From assembly GCA_038087875.1 (NCBI GenBank), contig JAXLNO010000315.1, positions 59,778 to 79,777 of the forward strand: a DNA stretch of 20,000 nt. Direction: 5' to 3'. This stretch comes from Malacoraja senta (Eukaryota). This document shows, in pieces, positions 18,543-20,000 of the stretch. The translations under genes and the position numbers were made by a program. Position 1 is the first letter of the stretch; the number at the start of each line of letters is the position of its first letter. The notes beneath the pieces were generated by a model, which saw nothing but the letters and a program-made list of their open reading frames with translations, ran no database searches and had not been told where the DNA came from.

Positions 18543-18560
18543 AGCGCCATCTAGTGGCCA
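18543..18560. promoter_or_regulatory. Candidate CTCF site
   Basis: AGCGCCATCTAGTGGCCA closely follows the CTCF consensus AGCGCCmyCTrGTGGCCA; sequence match only. Confidence 0.5.
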
Positions 18561-18644
18561 ATGCCTATATTACACCATGGGCAGCCTATTTCCGTGTTGC
18601 AGTCCATTTAAACTATATATGATTATATGAGTGAATTGTTGTTG

Positions 18645-19275
18645 TATTCAATTTATTGTCATTATCTCATTTTAGAGACAACGAAATGGATTTTCCTTAC
18701 AGTCAAGTAACATAAAAATAAATAATAAATAAATAAACTTTTTTTTTTTAAAGCACAAACGCAGAAGTCCACACACAACATAATCCCACAGCGGCACCAA
18801 AGTTAAGGAAGGTACCATAGTCCAGTCAGCCTCCCCGCCGATCTTCCAGATGTTCACTCCGTAGTCGGGGCCTCCCGAGCACCCGCAGTCGCTGCCACGG
18901 GCGGCCCGATGCTCAGGCCCTCTCGCCGGCAACGGTGGAACCCCGACGCCGAACCCCGACGGAGAACATCCTCAGCAGCCTGGACCTCCAGATGAGCCAC
19001 CTCCACCGGAGTCCGCAGGCCGAGCCGGGTGGAGTCGCAGGACTCCGCGATGTTGGTCAGCGCCGCCCACGTTGGTAGCTCCGCGAACCACAGCTCCGTG
19101 CTGTCGGTGCAGCAGGCCCAACACTCTGGAGCTCCAGACGGCGATCGCCCGCCCCGCGATGTTTCCAACGCTGTGCCGCTGCTGCTGGAGCGGGGGGGGG
19201 GGGGGGGGGCGAGGATGCGACTCGAATAATAGTCGCATCCTCTCAAGGAAGTGACTGAAGGACGGTATCCCCCTT
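18645..19275 (-). mobile_element. Unclassified non-coding retroposon fragment (LINE-type tail, GC-rich interior)
   Basis: TTTATTGTCATT at ~18652 matches the Rex1-type tail at ~4078-4090 (TTATATTGTCATT); GC-rich body with no protein motif. Confidence 0.4.
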
Positions 19276-20000
19276 ACCAAGGACAGGGATGTAGCTGGAG
19301 CCCACCGGCGAATTGACGTAGCACAATGTTAACAACCCATATCTCTGCGTCCCTAGGCCTGGGAGGTTTTGAGTTGAAGATACCCTTCATAATCTAGATG
19401 TCAGAGGGTGAGACCCGACAGAGTGGATTCTGCTCCCCACAGCCAAATGATGAGAAGGCACTTTAGGCACAGTAAATGGAACTTTAACTTAATGATTGTA
19501 AAATCCCATATAAACTTAATTTCAAGGTCAGTCATCCGTGCCGAGTTAAATGTAAAATAAGCATAAAACAAATACCTTCCATCTCCTTATGAGGAAATAC
19601 TGCTATTTGGTGCTATTCCTGCAATCTGCAGTGAGCACTTCCAAGGTTTTTGGTTTAACAACCCGAGCCACAGGAACTGTCTTCTCAGAATCTGTAAGTC
19701 AATGAATTAATTATATCATGCAGAGGATGGTTTCCACATCACGGCTAAATCAACAATTTTTGTGTCCAGAAATAACCATATACGGTTTTATGATCATTCC
19801 CCGCATCAGCGGGAACCATGGGTGTATATCCCAGGCAGGCACTACGAAAATGCTGAAGCGGGAAACTTGCTGAATTTTTGCAAGACCCTTCTGATGAGGC
19901 AAAATGGAGGAAGACATAAAAGAACATTCCTCCCTAGTGTAGCGAGAATGCACCCATCGCCATTGATATGCCTCATATTTTCTGCAACTGGTGATTGAGC
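19276..20000 (-). mobile_element. DIRS1-like tyrosine-recombinase retrotransposon fragment (MT-like domain plus YR N-terminus), decayed
   Basis: With frameshifts: LNHQL...AFSLH*GGMFFYVF-PFCLIRRVL-KIQQ...VVPAWDIHPWFPLM (DIRS methyltransferase-like domain); RNSTK*QY...RW; GSHPLTSRLMKGIFNSKPPRPR...W.V..VL (recombinase N-terminus). Confidence 0.85.

Noticed and set aside
18672..19280. GC-rich ORFs
   Set aside because: No recognisable motifs; they span a poly-G run inside a probable non-coding repeat.
19577..19700. Apparent host exon flanked by splice-like signals
   Set aside because: Better explained as the DIRS recombinase N-terminus on the minus strand.

Overview
Eukaryotic, repeat-dominated vertebrate DNA. 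The repeat repertoire (HE1-like tRNA SINEs, CR1 and Rex1/Babar LINEs, Penelope tails) suggests a cartilaginous fish, probably a skate or ray; this is inference. The only host-type gene is a tandem C2H2 zinc-finger gene on + with no KRAB domain. It has a CpG-island promoter at ~11.3-11.8 kb, a 216-aa ORF with 7 intact fingers (12205-12855) and about 6 decayed fingers beyond the stop. Directly behind it, antisense, lies a decayed class I (gamma/epsilon-like) endogenous retrovirus: 3' LTR 13317-13968, PPT, env pseudogene, integrase and RT relics. Its integrase is split by a complete non-autonomous Helitron (15907-17205). The left third is a nested stack: a CR1 ORF1 split by a Rex1 LINE and abutted by a hAT transposon, whose transposase is cut by a PIF/Harbinger-type end and which carries a 34-bp palindromic mini-element. 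A putative hAT5-type element with a 5-bp TSD spans 7910-10456, and a DIRS tyrosine-recombinase retrotransposon fragment ends the window. Most listed ORFs are spurious or TE debris. I see no convincing new multi-gene system. The best leads are the ERV/ZNF juxtaposition, the reconstructable nested insertions and the ultra-short palindromic elements.
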